Shown in pieces: positions 9,635-19,220 of a DNA stretch of 40,980 nucleotides. This DNA is from a virus. The notes under the pieces were generated by a model. That model was not told the DNA's origin and ran no database searches. It saw only the letters and a list, made by a program, of their open reading frames with translations. Location: UHGV virus genome UHGV-0233651. One strand, given 5' to 3'. The position numbers and the translations under genes are program-made. Position 1 is the stretch's first letter, and every line of letters starts with the position of its first letter.

Positions 9635-10374
9635 TTACAAAGCGAGGACAGTTTTTTATAAATGGTAAACACTCATCTGAATTTAATGTATTTATGCGGA
9701 ATCGCCCTGTCTCTTCGTCAGCAGGACGGGTCATTGAGTTAAGGCAACGTGAAGGTAATGACTCAATCATTATTGATAAAGCATATTACAAAAACGTTGA
9801 ACGCAAAATAGATTGTTACTACAAGGCCCCATCTATTGATGATGTTCAGGAATGGGAAGACAGAATAACCGCTTGGTTAGATATGGGTACATATAGCGAT
9901 TTTATTGTTTATTATGATGAACAATACATCTATCAAGCTGTTGTGATTGATCCGCCCGAATTTAAAGGGACAAGAAAAACAGGGAATCTAGTACCTTTTG
10001 AATTTACTGTCAGCATTAGACCGTTCAAAGAAAACCGCCTAGGAAGACTGCCGATACAACTCAATTCAACGCCATTCAAAATTACAAATGAGCAGAAGTA
10101 TCCTTCAAAACCTTTGATTAAACTCACTGGTTCTGGAGATGCTTCTTTTTTTGTGAATGAAGAAGAATTTAAGCTTAAGGCTTTGGATAAGGAGTTAATC
10201 ATTGATTCTTTTCTAGAAGAGTCTTATCGGGTATTGGATGGGAAAATTGAACATCAAGATCATGTTACTACTTTCCTGGATTTTCCTGAGCTTAAACCAG
10301 GCGAAAATACACTCACATGGACCAACCGAATAAAGAGTTTTGAACTCACACCGAGATGGAGGCGTAAAGTATGA
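9631..10374 (+). CDS. distal tail protein (Dit, siphovirus tail component family)
   Basis: The N-terminal pattern FFINGKHSSEF is characteristic of Sipho_tail proteins. The gene lies immediately after the tape measure gene with an ATGA overlap. Confidence 0.7.
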   Translation: MITKRGQFFINGKHSSEFNVFMRNRPVSSSAGRVIELRQREGNDSIIIDKAYYKNVERKIDCYYKAPSIDDVQEWEDRITAWLDMGTYSDFIVYYDEQYIYQAVVIDPPEFKGTRKTGNLVPFEFTVSIRPFKENRLGRLPIQLNSTPFKITNEQKYPSKPLIKLTGSGDASFFVNEEEFKLKALDKELIIDSFLEESYRVLDGKIEHQDHVTTFLDFPELKPGENTLTWTNRIKSFELTPRWRRKV

Positions 10375-13178
10375 AACCAAGGATTTATAAGCCTTCCGAA
10401 ACAGATTTTTCAAACAATGGTCTTGGTATACTTTCGGATTGTTCTAGGTGTGAAGTCTATGAAGTAGCTAATGGGAAGTATGAACTCGAATTGGAATATC
10501 CATTAGGAACTCGGTTCGATGAATATTTCGAAAATGATTATCAGATTAAGGCAAAACCTAATGATCAAGAGGAGTACCATATCTTTTTTATTGATGATAA
10601 AGATATTGATACTTTTTTGGATACAGTGACAATCTACGCCCAAACTCGAACGAATCGACTAGGACGAAGAGTAGTGACTACAGCATTAGTTGACTCAAAG
10701 ACTGCTCAAGAAGCAATGAATATTATCGAGAGCAATATGGATAAGAAATCTGATATTCGCCTATACTCCGACAATACGACCGTTTCAAGCACTCTATTTG
10801 AGGCTAGAAACGTTCTGAATTGTATCGCAGGGGAACAAGGTTCATTGCTTCAATTTTGGGGTGGAGAGATCAAACGTGAGCCATTTAAACTATCATTGTT
10901 GAAACGAAGAGGGCGCAATAATGTAGGAACTATTAGATACGGAAAAGACTTATCCGGACTGAAAGTAAAATTGGATTGGACAGGTGTTAAGACAAGAATC
11001 ATTCCATATGTTGATGCTCAAAGTGCTGAAGGAACATCTAATCGTATTTACGGATCAACAGTAGATAGTGAGTTCATCAATAATTATCCAGATGTTTATT
11101 CCGAACATGTTCAGTTTACAGAAGAACAGGGAGCGAAGGACTTAAAAAGTTTAAATAATATAGCAAAGAATTATTTTAAGTCGATCAATCCAGGATGTGA
11201 TAAACCTAAAATATCAATCACAATCGAATTTGATAAGTTGACTGATAGTGAAGAAGCGAAGGAGTTCGCCAATATCAGAAATTATGGTCTTTTTGATACA
11301 TTTAAGGTTTATCACAAGAAATACAAACTTTATTTTGAGTCCACTGTTAGTGGTGTTCAATATGATTCTCTTTCTGAAAAGACCACAAAATTAGAAGCTG
11401 GAGACACACAAGTTGCTTTCTATCAGCAGCAAGCAATCACAATTCAAGACAAATTAAAAGATTATGCCACCAACAACTACATGAGCGGATTCAATGATTA
11501 TGTTTCATCAATGATCACTGGTCAGGGCAGTGCTGGTGGTTATGTCGTTTTATGGCCAAAAGAAAAACCATCTAATATTTTTATCATGGATAATCCGGAT
11601 TTGAACAAGGCTAAAGAAGTCCTCCGAATGAATAAGAATGGCATAGCTTTCTCCAAAAATGGTTGGAATGGACCTTTTAATTCAGCTTGGACGTTAGACA
11701 GCATTTTTAATGCTAATTTTATTCAAACAGGGATTATCAAAGCGGATGTGTTTGAAAACTCCTTTAATAAAACGGGGGATACGTTAAAACTTGTTAATGG
11801 GCTGTTGCAGATTTGGAATAACAAAAAGAAAATCATGGAACTGACAAAAAAGGGAATGCAGTTCTGGAGTGGTAGTAAAGAAATAGGGACCATCGGTACG
11901 ACTGATTCAACGGGGAATCCTTTCCCAAACGCCTCAACACCAACGCCGATTCCTGACAATGCATTAGTTATTCGTACCGAAGGCGACGGAAAATACATCC
12001 TCATTTCTCCTAATAAGAATAAAGGGTTTGTCATGCTCGCAAATGGAACGACCATTCACTTCGGAGATATGAATATTCAGGGTAAAGTACAGATTTACAA
12101 AGATGTCGATATCAAAGGCAAATTAACGATTAATGGTCAAGAAGTATTCCCTGGTCAAGGTGGCGGAGGAAACAATAACGGCGGTAGCTGGAATGGCATG
12201 TACCCGCCAGAAGTAACCTCTCAAGCCGATAAGTTCGCTTGGGAACTTTGGGTAATACTACTATCGAAAGGATACTCCAAAGCAGCAGCTGCAGGTATCT
12301 TGGGTAATGTACAAGGTGAAGCTGGCGTTTCCATGAATCCGGATATTGCTCAAATTGGAGGACCGGCGTATGGGATTGTTCAATGGGATGGCTCGGCTTA
12401 TCCGTTAGTCGGCGCGCCAACTTATAACGGCCGCGAATATGTGCAACGTTTAATGGGTGCAGCCGGTATCACAGAGGACTATCGGACAATGTCTGCTCAA
12501 GGTAAGTTGTTAGATTGGACCATGTATAACGGTCAGTGGTTAGGCATTGTCCAACCGGCGACGCAATCAGGTTTCAAAACAATGACCGATCCTGGAGTTG
12601 CTGCGTATACGTTTGAACGAAACTACGAGCGTCCAGCCAATGCGCATCCAGAACGTCAAGGATGGGCAGTGAACTGGTACAACAAGTTCAAAGACCTTCA
12701 AATACAATCTGGAGGAAATATCCTTAGTACAGCAAAGAGCTTGATTGGATATTTCCACTATTCCCAACCAATGCGTTGGAATTTTGGAAGTGTGGAAAAC
12801 CCAGATAGAAACGGGTATGCCGACTGCTCTTCCTTTGTATGGTTGGCGTTGACAAAAGCAGGTTATCGAACAGCTCCGAGAGGCACATTATGGTACACAG
12901 GATCAATGAGAGATGACGCGAGAGGAGCAAGACAATATCTGACCGAAGTATCGCCGAACGAAGCGAAGGCTGGCGATATAATCATCGTGAACTTAGGCGC
13001 TGGTGCAGGGAACGACGGCCATACTGCGGTGCTTGCTGAAGACTGGCACGGTTATACAACTGCAATTGTTGAGATGGGCGGTATGCAATCTGGCGGGGTT
13101 GGTGTTGGACGAGTCGATTTGTCATTTGGATATCTTTTAAACGGAGGCGATGTCTGTCTAGCTCGCGCCAAGAAATAG
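10371..13178 (+). CDS. tail-associated lysin (Tal). It combines an N-terminal prophage-tail endopeptidase region with a phage tail-tip lysozyme-like domain and a C-terminal CHAP/NlpC-P60-like Cys-His domain.
   Basis: The 935-aa protein contains GNVQGEAGVSMNPDIAQIGGPAYGIVQWDG (lysozyme-like) and DCSSFV...GHTAV (Cys/His). A Gly-rich linker GQGGGGNNNGG is also present. Confidence 0.75.
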   Translation: MKPRIYKPSETDFSNNGLGILSDCSRCEVYEVANGKYELELEYPLGTRFDEYFENDYQIKAKPNDQEEYHIFFIDDKDIDTFLDTVTIYAQTRTNRLGRRVVTTALVDSKTAQEAMNIIESNMDKKSDIRLYSDNTTVSSTLFEARNVLNCIAGEQGSLLQFWGGEIKREPFKLSLLKRRGRNNVGTIRYGKDLSGLKVKLDWTGVKTRIIPYVDAQSAEGTSNRIYGSTVDSEFINNYPDVYSEHVQFTEEQGAKDLKSLNNIAKNYFKSINPGCDKPKISITIEFDKLTDSEEAKEFANIRNYGLFDTFKVYHKKYKLYFESTVSGVQYDSLSEKTTKLEAGDTQVAFYQQQAITIQDKLKDYATNNYMSGFNDYVSSMITGQGSAGGYVVLWPKEKPSNIFIMDNPDLNKAKEVLRMNKNGIAFSKNGWNGPFNSAWTLDSIFNANFIQTGIIKADVFENSFNKTGDTLKLVNGLLQIWNNKKKIMELTKKGMQFWSGSKEIGTIGTTDSTGNPFPNASTPTPIPDNALVIRTEGDGKYILISPNKNKGFVMLANGTTIHFGDMNIQGKVQIYKDVDIKGKLTINGQEVFPGQGGGGNNNGGSWNGMYPPEVTSQADKFAWELWVILLSKGYSKAAAAGILGNVQGEAGVSMNPDIAQIGGPAYGIVQWDGSAYPLVGAPTYNGREYVQRLMGAAGITEDYRTMSAQGKLLDWTMYNGQWLGIVQPATQSGFKTMTDPGVAAYTFERNYERPANAHPERQGWAVNWYNKFKDLQIQSGGNILSTAKSLIGYFHYSQPMRWNFGSVENPDRNGYADCSSFVWLALTKAGYRTAPRGTLWYTGSMRDDARGARQYLTEVSPNEAKAGDIIIVNLGAGAGNDGHTAVLAEDWHGYTTAIVEMGGMQSGGVGVGRVDLSFGYLLNGGDVCLARAKK

Positions 13179-13188
13179 AGGTGATTTT

Positions 13189-13680
13189 TTGATAGAAGAA
13201 AAAGGACTAAACCATTTAAAACGTTTGATAAATCAACCAATCGGAAACCATCAATGCTATGCATTAAGCGCCGAATATGCGGGGGTAATGATCGGTCCTG
13301 ACATGGGCGCTGGTACAAGATATGAAGTGAAAGTACGTGAAGGGAATATCTTTTCCGCTGCTGAAATTGGGCGAGTGTATCGCTGGCCAATGTATCTATG
13401 GACCGTAATCAATCATCCTGAATACGACCAGTTGGAAGTAGGAGCGATCATAAATTGGGAGCGCAATGCTAAAGTGAGCGAAGCGTTTATCGCTCACGAA
13501 TATTACGGTCATACAGGCGTGATCCGTGGTCTTGAAAGTGGTCGTATTCAAACCTATGAACAAAACGCAGAATCAGGAGAAATCGTAGCAGAATATGACC
13601 GTCAGTTCTTTGGAGCAGGTCAAATTGCATCGATCTGCATTCCGCCTGATTTTGAGAAAGGAGTGTTGTTTGATGGCTAA
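13189..13680 (+). CDS. CHAP-domain protein (putative virion-associated peptidoglycan hydrolase)
   Basis: QCYALSAEYAG provides the Cys and HEYYGHTGVI provides the His. The TTG start follows GAGGTGA. Confidence 0.5.
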   Translation: MIEEKGLNHLKRLINQPIGNHQCYALSAEYAGVMIGPDMGAGTRYEVKVREGNIFSAAEIGRVYRWPMYLWTVINHPEYDQLEVGAIINWERNAKVSEAFIAHEYYGHTGVIRGLESGRIQTYEQNAESGEIVAEYDRQFFGAGQIASICIPPDFEKGVLFDG

Positions 13681-14548
13681 ATGGAATGTTGCACTAAGCA
13701 CAACAGAGCCATACAACTATGTAGGAATGATTCAAGTTCGACAGGGGAATAAGAATTCTGAAACGATGGAAGCAACTATTTCTCAAAACGGAATACCAGT
13801 GGATTTATCACGATGTAAAGCCTACTTAGAAGCGATACTTAGTAATGGTTTTGCGATCCAACGAGCTGTAAAAATTATTGATGCAAAAAACGGCAAAATT
13901 CAATATACATTTGATGAGTATTCAATGCAGGCACTACATCGTCAAACGGCAAATTTTGTCTTTTACCAAGGAGAAGATGTGATCGCTACGACACAGGACT
14001 TCTCCTATTTTGTTATCAAAGCAGTTTCTAAAACAGAAGGTGAAATGGGGTCCTACTGGCAAACAGTCGAAGACCTGATAGCAGATATGGTTGCGTTTAT
14101 CAATGAAAACAAAGGAGACTTTACCGCTTGGATGAACGCACGTAAAAAAGAATTTGAAGCATGGCGAGATACTCAAAAAGAGGATTATTTGACTTGGTTC
14201 AATTCTATCAAAGACATTTTGGCACAGATTGATCCTGGAGGCACGATGTTACTAGAACTAATGGAAGCTCGTGTTGATATTCAAGGGGTACGCCATGAAT
14301 CGATTTCCAAGCGTTTGCTAGCCGATATGGAGTATCTCTATCAAAAGTTGCGAGCAACACTGTTCACGATTGAATACGGTGAGATTGAAGTTACCGATAT
14401 TCTTCAAGATGATTTATTTTCAGAAAATCATGAAGTTGAAAAAATTGGTACAGTGAACTACCCCATTGAAGAGGGGGCATTGGTGATTGCGACTGTCGAT
14501 GATCCGAAGCAGAACGTATTCACTCTTGAGAAAGTCGGGGTGGTATAA
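13673..14548 (+). CDS. putative baseplate upper protein (BppU-like)
   Basis: ATG 13673 follows RBS GAAAGGAG, whereas the track start at 13595 lies inside the previous gene. The C-terminus ends in LEKVGVV. Confidence 0.45.
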   Translation: MAKWNVALSTTEPYNYVGMIQVRQGNKNSETMEATISQNGIPVDLSRCKAYLEAILSNGFAIQRAVKIIDAKNGKIQYTFDEYSMQALHRQTANFVFYQGEDVIATTQDFSYFVIKAVSKTEGEMGSYWQTVEDLIADMVAFINENKGDFTAWMNARKKEFEAWRDTQKEDYLTWFNSIKDILAQIDPGGTMLLELMEARVDIQGVRHESISKRLLADMEYLYQKLRATLFTIEYGEIEVTDILQDDLFSENHEVEKIGTVNYPIEEGALVIATVDDPKQNVFTLEKVGVV

Positions 14549-14550
14549 GA

Positions 14551-15345
14551 ATGGCTAAATCAAAACTCATGATGGAAACTGATGAGAAAACAGGAGTCCA
14601 ATATCAGTTTTTTCCAATTACTCATATCTCTGCGATTATCGGACTAGATAAAATTATCTCTGGTCAGTCTAAAGTGGTTTCTGTAAACGGAAAAATTGGC
14701 GCAGTCACGATTACTAAATCTGATCTCGGTCTGGAAAATGCTATCACAAAATTACCTTACGCGAATGAAACCGAAGACGGCATTATCACTGCAGAGATGT
14801 ATAAGAAGATACTGAATTCTGGAGAAGGCGACTATGTGCTTCCAATTGCTGGAGTAGATAAATTAGGCGGAATCAAATTAGGAGATCTATTAGCAATTGA
14901 CGAAGCTACAGGAAAGTTGTCTGCAATTAAACAGACAGACAACAATTTTTCAACAGATCTGAAAAATAAATTGGATTCACTAAAAAACTACACTGCAGGA
15001 GAGAATATCACGATCACGGAGGATGGCGAAATTAGCTCTACTGGTGGATCAGGCAACTATAATTTGCCAACAGCGACCGAATTTCAAAAGGGCGGTGTTC
15101 GAATCGGTGATGGATTGATAATGACTGAGGATGTTTTATCAGCCGAAAGGCAAATGAATTACACTGCAGGCGCAAATATTTCTATTTCCAACACTGGCGT
15201 GATTTCCGCAACAGGCGGTGGAGAAGGTGGTGGGGTTAGCCAAGAGTATGTTGATCAAAAGGCAAGCGAAGCCTATCAAAACGCCAAAGCTTATGCAGAC
15301 TCTAAGATTCCGAGTATGACGTTCGAAAAGGTAGGGGAGGTTTAA
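14551..15345 (+). CDS. tail fibre / receptor-binding protein with internal repeats
   Basis: Two internal NYTAG.NI.I...G.IS.TGG repeats are present. The C-terminus ends in TFEKVGEV. Confidence 0.5.
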   Translation: MAKSKLMMETDEKTGVQYQFFPITHISAIIGLDKIISGQSKVVSVNGKIGAVTITKSDLGLENAITKLPYANETEDGIITAEMYKKILNSGEGDYVLPIAGVDKLGGIKLGDLLAIDEATGKLSAIKQTDNNFSTDLKNKLDSLKNYTAGENITITEDGEISSTGGSGNYNLPTATEFQKGGVRIGDGLIMTEDVLSAERQMNYTAGANISISNTGVISATGGGEGGGVSQEYVDQKASEAYQNAKAYADSKIPSMTFEKVGEV

Positions 15346-15349
15346 ATAA

Positions 15350-15709
15350 ATGACAGATATTGTAAAAGTGAAACAGGATGGGGCGCAGGTCTATCCTCAA
15401 TCACATTGGGAGGCAATCGAAGGCAAACCCACATTACTCAAAGGAGATAAAGGTGATCCGGGAAATGCTGCCACAATCACAGTAGGAACCGTAACAAGTG
15501 GAACGACTGCTTCAGTTACCAATGCAGGTACGACTTCAGCTGCAAAATTTAACTTTGTTCTTCCAAAAGGTGATAAGGGCGATCCTGGAACAAATGCTAC
15601 TACGACTGCTGTTGCGACAACTTCAACAAATGGACTGATGTCGGCTGCGGATAAGACTAAGTTAGACGGATTAAACAATATTACATTTGAGAAAGTAGGC
15701 GAAGTTTAA
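15350..15709 (+). CDS. collagen-like repeat tail fibre protein
   Basis: GDKGDPG appears twice and the middle is T/A/S-rich. The C-terminus ends in TFEKVGEV. Confidence 0.55.
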   Translation: MTDIVKVKQDGAQVYPQSHWEAIEGKPTLLKGDKGDPGNAATITVGTVTSGTTASVTNAGTTSAAKFNFVLPKGDKGDPGTNATTTAVATTSTNGLMSAADKTKLDGLNNITFEKVGEV

Positions 15710-16203
15710 TGTCGGATATTGTACAACTAAAAGAAGATGGCGTTGCAAAATATCTAAAGACACATGCCGATGCGATTGACGGTGTGGATGGTAAATTGGT
15801 TAAAGCAACGGGAAATGAGACTATTTTAGGAGTAAAAAATTTCCAAGATGGTGTGCAGTCAAAAAGCAAAAATGTTTTGATCCAGAATGGTGAGAAGGTA
15901 TATGATCACACAAGTGCCACAGACTCTTCAATCCAGTCTGGGGTAGTACGATTCGTTCGGTACGGCGATATGGTTTTGGTTAACTTTAACTTTCGATGTC
16001 GTTCAGCAAATATTAACTCAGGTGGCAATCTGATTGGCAATTTAGAAACAGATATTATTCCTGCTTATTCGATTCAGGTTGATGTTACTGATGATAAAGC
16101 ATTGACTATTGATGCATCAGGTAAAATTACCGCTCTTTGGGGATTAGATGCTAATAAGTATTACGCAGGATCTGCAATGTATTTTGCGAAGAACAAACTT
16201 TAG
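15709..16203 (+). CDS. tail fibre / receptor-binding head-domain protein
   Basis: Its N-terminus, MSDIVQLKEDG...AIDG, is paralogous to the N-terminus of 15350 (MTDIVKVKQDG...AIEG). Confidence 0.5.
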   Translation: MSDIVQLKEDGVAKYLKTHADAIDGVDGKLVKATGNETILGVKNFQDGVQSKSKNVLIQNGEKVYDHTSATDSSIQSGVVRFVRYGDMVLVNFNFRCRSANINSGGNLIGNLETDIIPAYSIQVDVTDDKALTIDASGKITALWGLDANKYYAGSAMYFAKNKL

Positions 16204-16214
16204 GGGGATAGACA

Positions 16215-16589
16215 ATGAAAACAATTTATAAAGTGTTGTATCCATTAGGATATGAGCCGCACGAAGTGGAAGATGGCTTTCCAGTAGTTTTACCTTTTGT
16301 TGAAGTTAAACCGCTAGAAGGACTAAAAAATGTTCAATCTCAATTCTACAATTTTGCAGAGAAGAAATGGGAAGAAGCAGTCACACAAGATTATTCGAAG
16401 AAAATTGAATTATTGGAAAACATTTCTGCTGGGCTTCAAGTTGATAACACTGCTCTAAAAGAATCGAATGCGGCGCTGACTGCTAAGACAGATTCGATGG
16501 CACAATTGAATGCCAAATTAATGTTGAATGATGTGGCAATCAATAAAGAAATTAAAACGCTAAAAACGCAAATTGGGGGTGCTGAATAA
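16215..16589 (+). CDS. hypothetical protein (fibre-assembly or lysis-associated)
   Basis: RBS GGGGGATAGACAATG is present. Confidence 0.45.
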   Translation: MKTIYKVLYPLGYEPHEVEDGFPVVLPFVEVKPLEGLKNVQSQFYNFAEKKWEEAVTQDYSKKIELLENISAGLQVDNTALKESNAALTAKTDSMAQLNAKLMLNDVAINKEIKTLKTQIGGAE

Positions 16590-16717
16590 TGTTCACTTAC
16601 ACAGACGTTAAGATGATGTTTGATTGGGGCTGCTTCACTACGAAGCAAGTTCGTGAGTTTGTTCCTGACTGCATTACTGAAGCACAATTTGAGCGAATTA
16701 CTGGAGAAGCCTTTTAG
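16589..16717 (+). CDS. xkdX: XkdX-family small protein (43 aa)
   Basis: The peptide MFTYTDVKMMFDWGCFTTKQVREFVPDCITEAQFERITGEAF matches the W..eQ...V....IT.aQ...ITG pattern of XkdX. A TAATG overlap couples it to the previous gene. It is missing from the ORF track because it is shorter than 60 aa. Confidence 0.5.
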   Translation: MFTYTDVKMMFDWGCFTTKQVREFVPDCITEAQFERITGEAF

Positions 16718-16729
16718 GCTTATTTTTTT

Positions 16730-16755
16730 AGCCTCGTTTTCGGACGAGGCTTTTC
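16730..16755 (+). terminator. intrinsic terminator
   Basis: AGCCTCGT-tttcgg-ACGAGGCT is followed by TTTTC. Confidence 0.55.
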
Positions 16756-16779
16756 AATTCTAAGGAAGGGTGGTACAAA

Positions 16780-17163
16780 TTGGTGATTTTAGACAACGGA
16801 GTTTTACTACATGAATTTAAGAATTTGTTGAGTAATGGATATTTACAGGTTTTTGTATGGCTTGTTTTTGGGGATATCGTAACTGGATTGTGCAAAGGTT
16901 TTTTTGTCAAAGAAGGGAATAGTACGAAAGGATTACTAGGAATTGTTAAGCATCTATTAGTTATTTGTTTAGTAATTGTTGCTTATCCATATTTAAAAAT
17001 AATGGGATTTGAAGCAATTGCGACGAGCTTTGTATTCTTCTACATTGCAGTTTATGGTATTTCAATTGTTGAAAACTTAGGGCAACTAGGCGTGCCTTTT
17101 CCTGATTGGATAAAAGATAGATTTTCTAAATTAAAAGATACGTCTGAAAAGGAGGGAAAATAA
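16780..17163 (+). CDS. holin (LL-H / phage_holin_1-like)
   Basis: The protein has three predicted transmembrane segments and a charged C-terminus. It lies directly upstream of the endolysin. The TTG start follows AAGGAAGGGTGG. Confidence 0.6.
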   Translation: MVILDNGVLLHEFKNLLSNGYLQVFVWLVFGDIVTGLCKGFFVKEGNSTKGLLGIVKHLLVICLVIVAYPYLKIMGFEAIATSFVFFYIAVYGISIVENLGQLGVPFPDWIKDRFSKLKDTSEKEGK

Positions 17164-17165
17164 AA

Positions 17166-17282
17166 ATGGATATGAAAAAAGCGAAGGAACTTTACGAAAA
17201 ATCAGATGATAAAAATGTTGGGCTACAACCTCAACCAAAAGAAATCGAAAACGTCAAAGAAGAAAAAGAGGAGAAAAAATAA
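17166..17282 (+). CDS. small highly charged peptide (38 aa) in the lysis cassette
   Basis: RBS GGAGGG is present. Its stop overlaps the endolysin ATG (TAATG). Confidence 0.3.
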   Translation: MDMKKAKELYEKSDDKNVGLQPQPKEIENVKEEKEEKK

Positions 17283-18295
17283 TGGCTATTAATATCGAAA
17301 AAGGGTTAGCTGTAGTTCAAAAATTTGTAAATAATTGCTACTACAGCATGTATGGTTCTCGTTATTACACAGATGGTACATGCGACTGTTCAGGCTCTGT
17401 TTATCGTATTTTACGTGAATCTGGTGGTTTTAACTATGGATATATTCCTAGCACTGAAACACTACATGACTATCTTCTAAAGCTAGGGTATGAAAGGATT
17501 GCAGAAAATACAGACTTTCCAATGCAACGCGGCGATGTAATTATTTGGGGCAAAAAGGGTTACTCTGCAGGAGCAGGCGGTCATACAGGCGTAGCACTAG
17601 ATAATCAAAACTGGATTGAATGCACTGGTTGGAAAATGACTACGATCATTGCTAATCACGATCAACGATGGGTGATGGCCGGATGTCCTTATTTTTATGC
17701 GTACCGTTTAAAAACTGGAGCATCTAGTTCAACATCGTCCAATACAGCGACAACAATACCTACAACTGGAAATAAAAACGGCATCGCGATTGACAACGTG
17801 TTGAAAGATCAAGCGGTTAAAATGGTGCAACGTATTCAAACACGATATGCTTGGACTCTATTGCGCGATCAAGTAAAACGAGTGTTGCAGCCGAACAAGG
17901 TTTATACTTTAGTAATCTCGTGTGATTCTAAGTGGAAGTACGAAAACGCTGTAAATCGTTTGAAGCAGGAACTTAAGACATACTATCCTGGATACATGCA
18001 ACAGAACATTGCGATTGTTGATGGAGATAAACCCATCATTAAAATTGAGGCTAGGAATCTCAACGATGCACAAAGTAAAAAGATGGAAGATCATATGCGT
18101 AACTTCCTGAAAGATGTATTGTTGGATAAACAAACGTATGCAGAAGCTAATAGTTACGGTACTTGGGATGTGCGCGTAAGAGGTGAAGGCTTTAACGATC
18201 ACGACGCACCAATCGTCTTGAAAGAAATTCAGGAGATGGGTAAAGCGAAAGATGTCAATATTAATCCAGCACATATAAAAGGATTCAAATACTAA
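17282..18295 (+). CDS. endolysin with an N-terminal CHAP domain and a C-terminal putative cell-wall-binding region
   Basis: GTCDCSGSVYRIL provides the Cys and GGHTGVALDN provides the His. The gene follows the holin. Confidence 0.75.
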   Translation: MAINIEKGLAVVQKFVNNCYYSMYGSRYYTDGTCDCSGSVYRILRESGGFNYGYIPSTETLHDYLLKLGYERIAENTDFPMQRGDVIIWGKKGYSAGAGGHTGVALDNQNWIECTGWKMTTIIANHDQRWVMAGCPYFYAYRLKTGASSSTSSNTATTIPTTGNKNGIAIDNVLKDQAVKMVQRIQTRYAWTLLRDQVKRVLQPNKVYTLVISCDSKWKYENAVNRLKQELKTYYPGYMQQNIAIVDGDKPIIKIEARNLNDAQSKKMEDHMRNFLKDVLLDKQTYAEANSYGTWDVRVRGEGFNDHDAPIVLKEIQEMGKAKDVNINPAHIKGFKY

Positions 18296-18298
18296 AAG

Positions 18299-18346
18299 CA
18301 AACACCCTCTACAGCCTTAGGTGGTTGTGGAGGGTGTTTTTTGCTA
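18299..18346. terminator. imperfect hairpin terminator between the convergent endolysin and minus-strand genes
   Basis: AACACCCTCTACAGCC-ttag-GGTTGTGGAGGGTGTT is followed by TTTTTG. Confidence 0.5.
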
Positions 18347-18544
18347 TTTAAATAAATCCCAAAAGCTAAACGTAGTTTTTTTATACACTTTATTATATGC
18401 GGCTTTCTTCGGATCCTTAATCCATCCAGTGCCTTTTTTGCCGTAGCCAGGTATAACTGCTTTTTTCAATTGCCTTTTTGCTTTACCAGTAGTTCTGGCG
18501 CTAATTGATCTCTTAATACTTGGTTTGCGTACTCCAAACTTCAT
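18344..18544 (-). CDS. small highly basic protein (66 aa, K/R-rich)
   Basis: RBS AAGGAG lies 8 nt upstream on the minus strand. The ORF is on the strand opposite to the late genes. Confidence 0.45.
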   Translation of the reverse strand: MKFGVRKPSIKRSISARTTGKAKRQLKKAVIPGYGKKGTGWIKDPKKAAYNKVYKKTTFSFWDLFK

Positions 18545-18556
18545 AATAACAACTCC

Positions 18557-19210
18557 TTATTCCCCTACATAGTATGGTTCGTCTTTATAAGCATCATGGT
18601 TCTCAAAAATATAACTGCGTCCTTGGTCATCAACATGGGTAGGAGGGGTTTGTTGCTTTTGACTTGGATCAATTCCATTTTCTCTAGCTAACTGCTCATT
18701 TAATCTTGCGTAGTATTCTCTGTCTTGCCGCTCTTGTTCAGTCATTGGTGGAGCACCAGTAATAACTGTTGGGCTTGAGTCAGGAGTTTGTTGTTGTGCC
18801 TGCTCCGTAGCTTGTTGTTGCTGAACTTCTTGAGCGGATGCTTGCTGTTTTATAGATTCCAAATTTTGAGTTGTAGTTTCTAACCGTTTTAATAGTTCAG
18901 CATTCCCACCAGGTATTGCTTCAATAGCGGCTTTTGCAGCTGATATAGTTTCGTCAGTAGGATTTGCTTCGGCCGCTTTCATTACTGTATCTGCCTCTAA
19001 AACTTTTTTTGATATTTCTTCTTGTCTTTTCTTTTCTGCTTCTTCAGCTTTTTTCTTTTCAGAAGTTTCTTTTGAAGTTTTTTCTTTACTAGAACTATTT
19101 ACTACTTCTTGTTTAATTGCAGAATCTGATGAAACTTTCTTTTTATCACTAGAACAAGCTGAAAAAAGAAGTATGGAGCAGATAAGTAAAAGTAGGCTTC
19201 CTTTTTTCAT
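18557..19210 (-). CDS. lipoprotein (moron)
   Basis: Signal peptide plus lipobox LLFSAC-S is present. The protein has a low-complexity E/K/Q-rich surface region. Confidence 0.55.
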   Translation of the reverse strand: MKKGSLLLLICSILLFSACSSDKKKVSSDSAIKQEVVNSSSKEKTSKETSEKKKAEEAEKKRQEEISKKVLEADTVMKAAEANPTDETISAAKAAIEAIPGGNAELLKRLETTTQNLESIKQQASAQEVQQQQATEQAQQQTPDSSPTVITGAPPMTEQERQDREYYARLNEQLARENGIDPSQKQQTPPTHVDDQGRSYIFENHDAYKDEPYYVGE

Positions 19211-19220
19211 CGTTTATCCT

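Noticed and set aside
13595-13672. Upstream extension of the BppU-like ORF (track start 13595)
   Set aside because: It overlaps the CHAP protein gene. ATG 13673 with GAAAGGAG is the credible start.
16762-16785. GGGTGG-tacaaat-TTG before the holin resembles GGGGTG-cttgtacaaATG before ORF 37698; a shared regulatory motif was considered
   Set aside because: The similarity is confined to the Shine-Dalgarno sequence plus spacer. It is most simply explained as similar RBS context, not as an operator. The longer 2596..2623 versus 37666..37700 similarity is kept as a finding.
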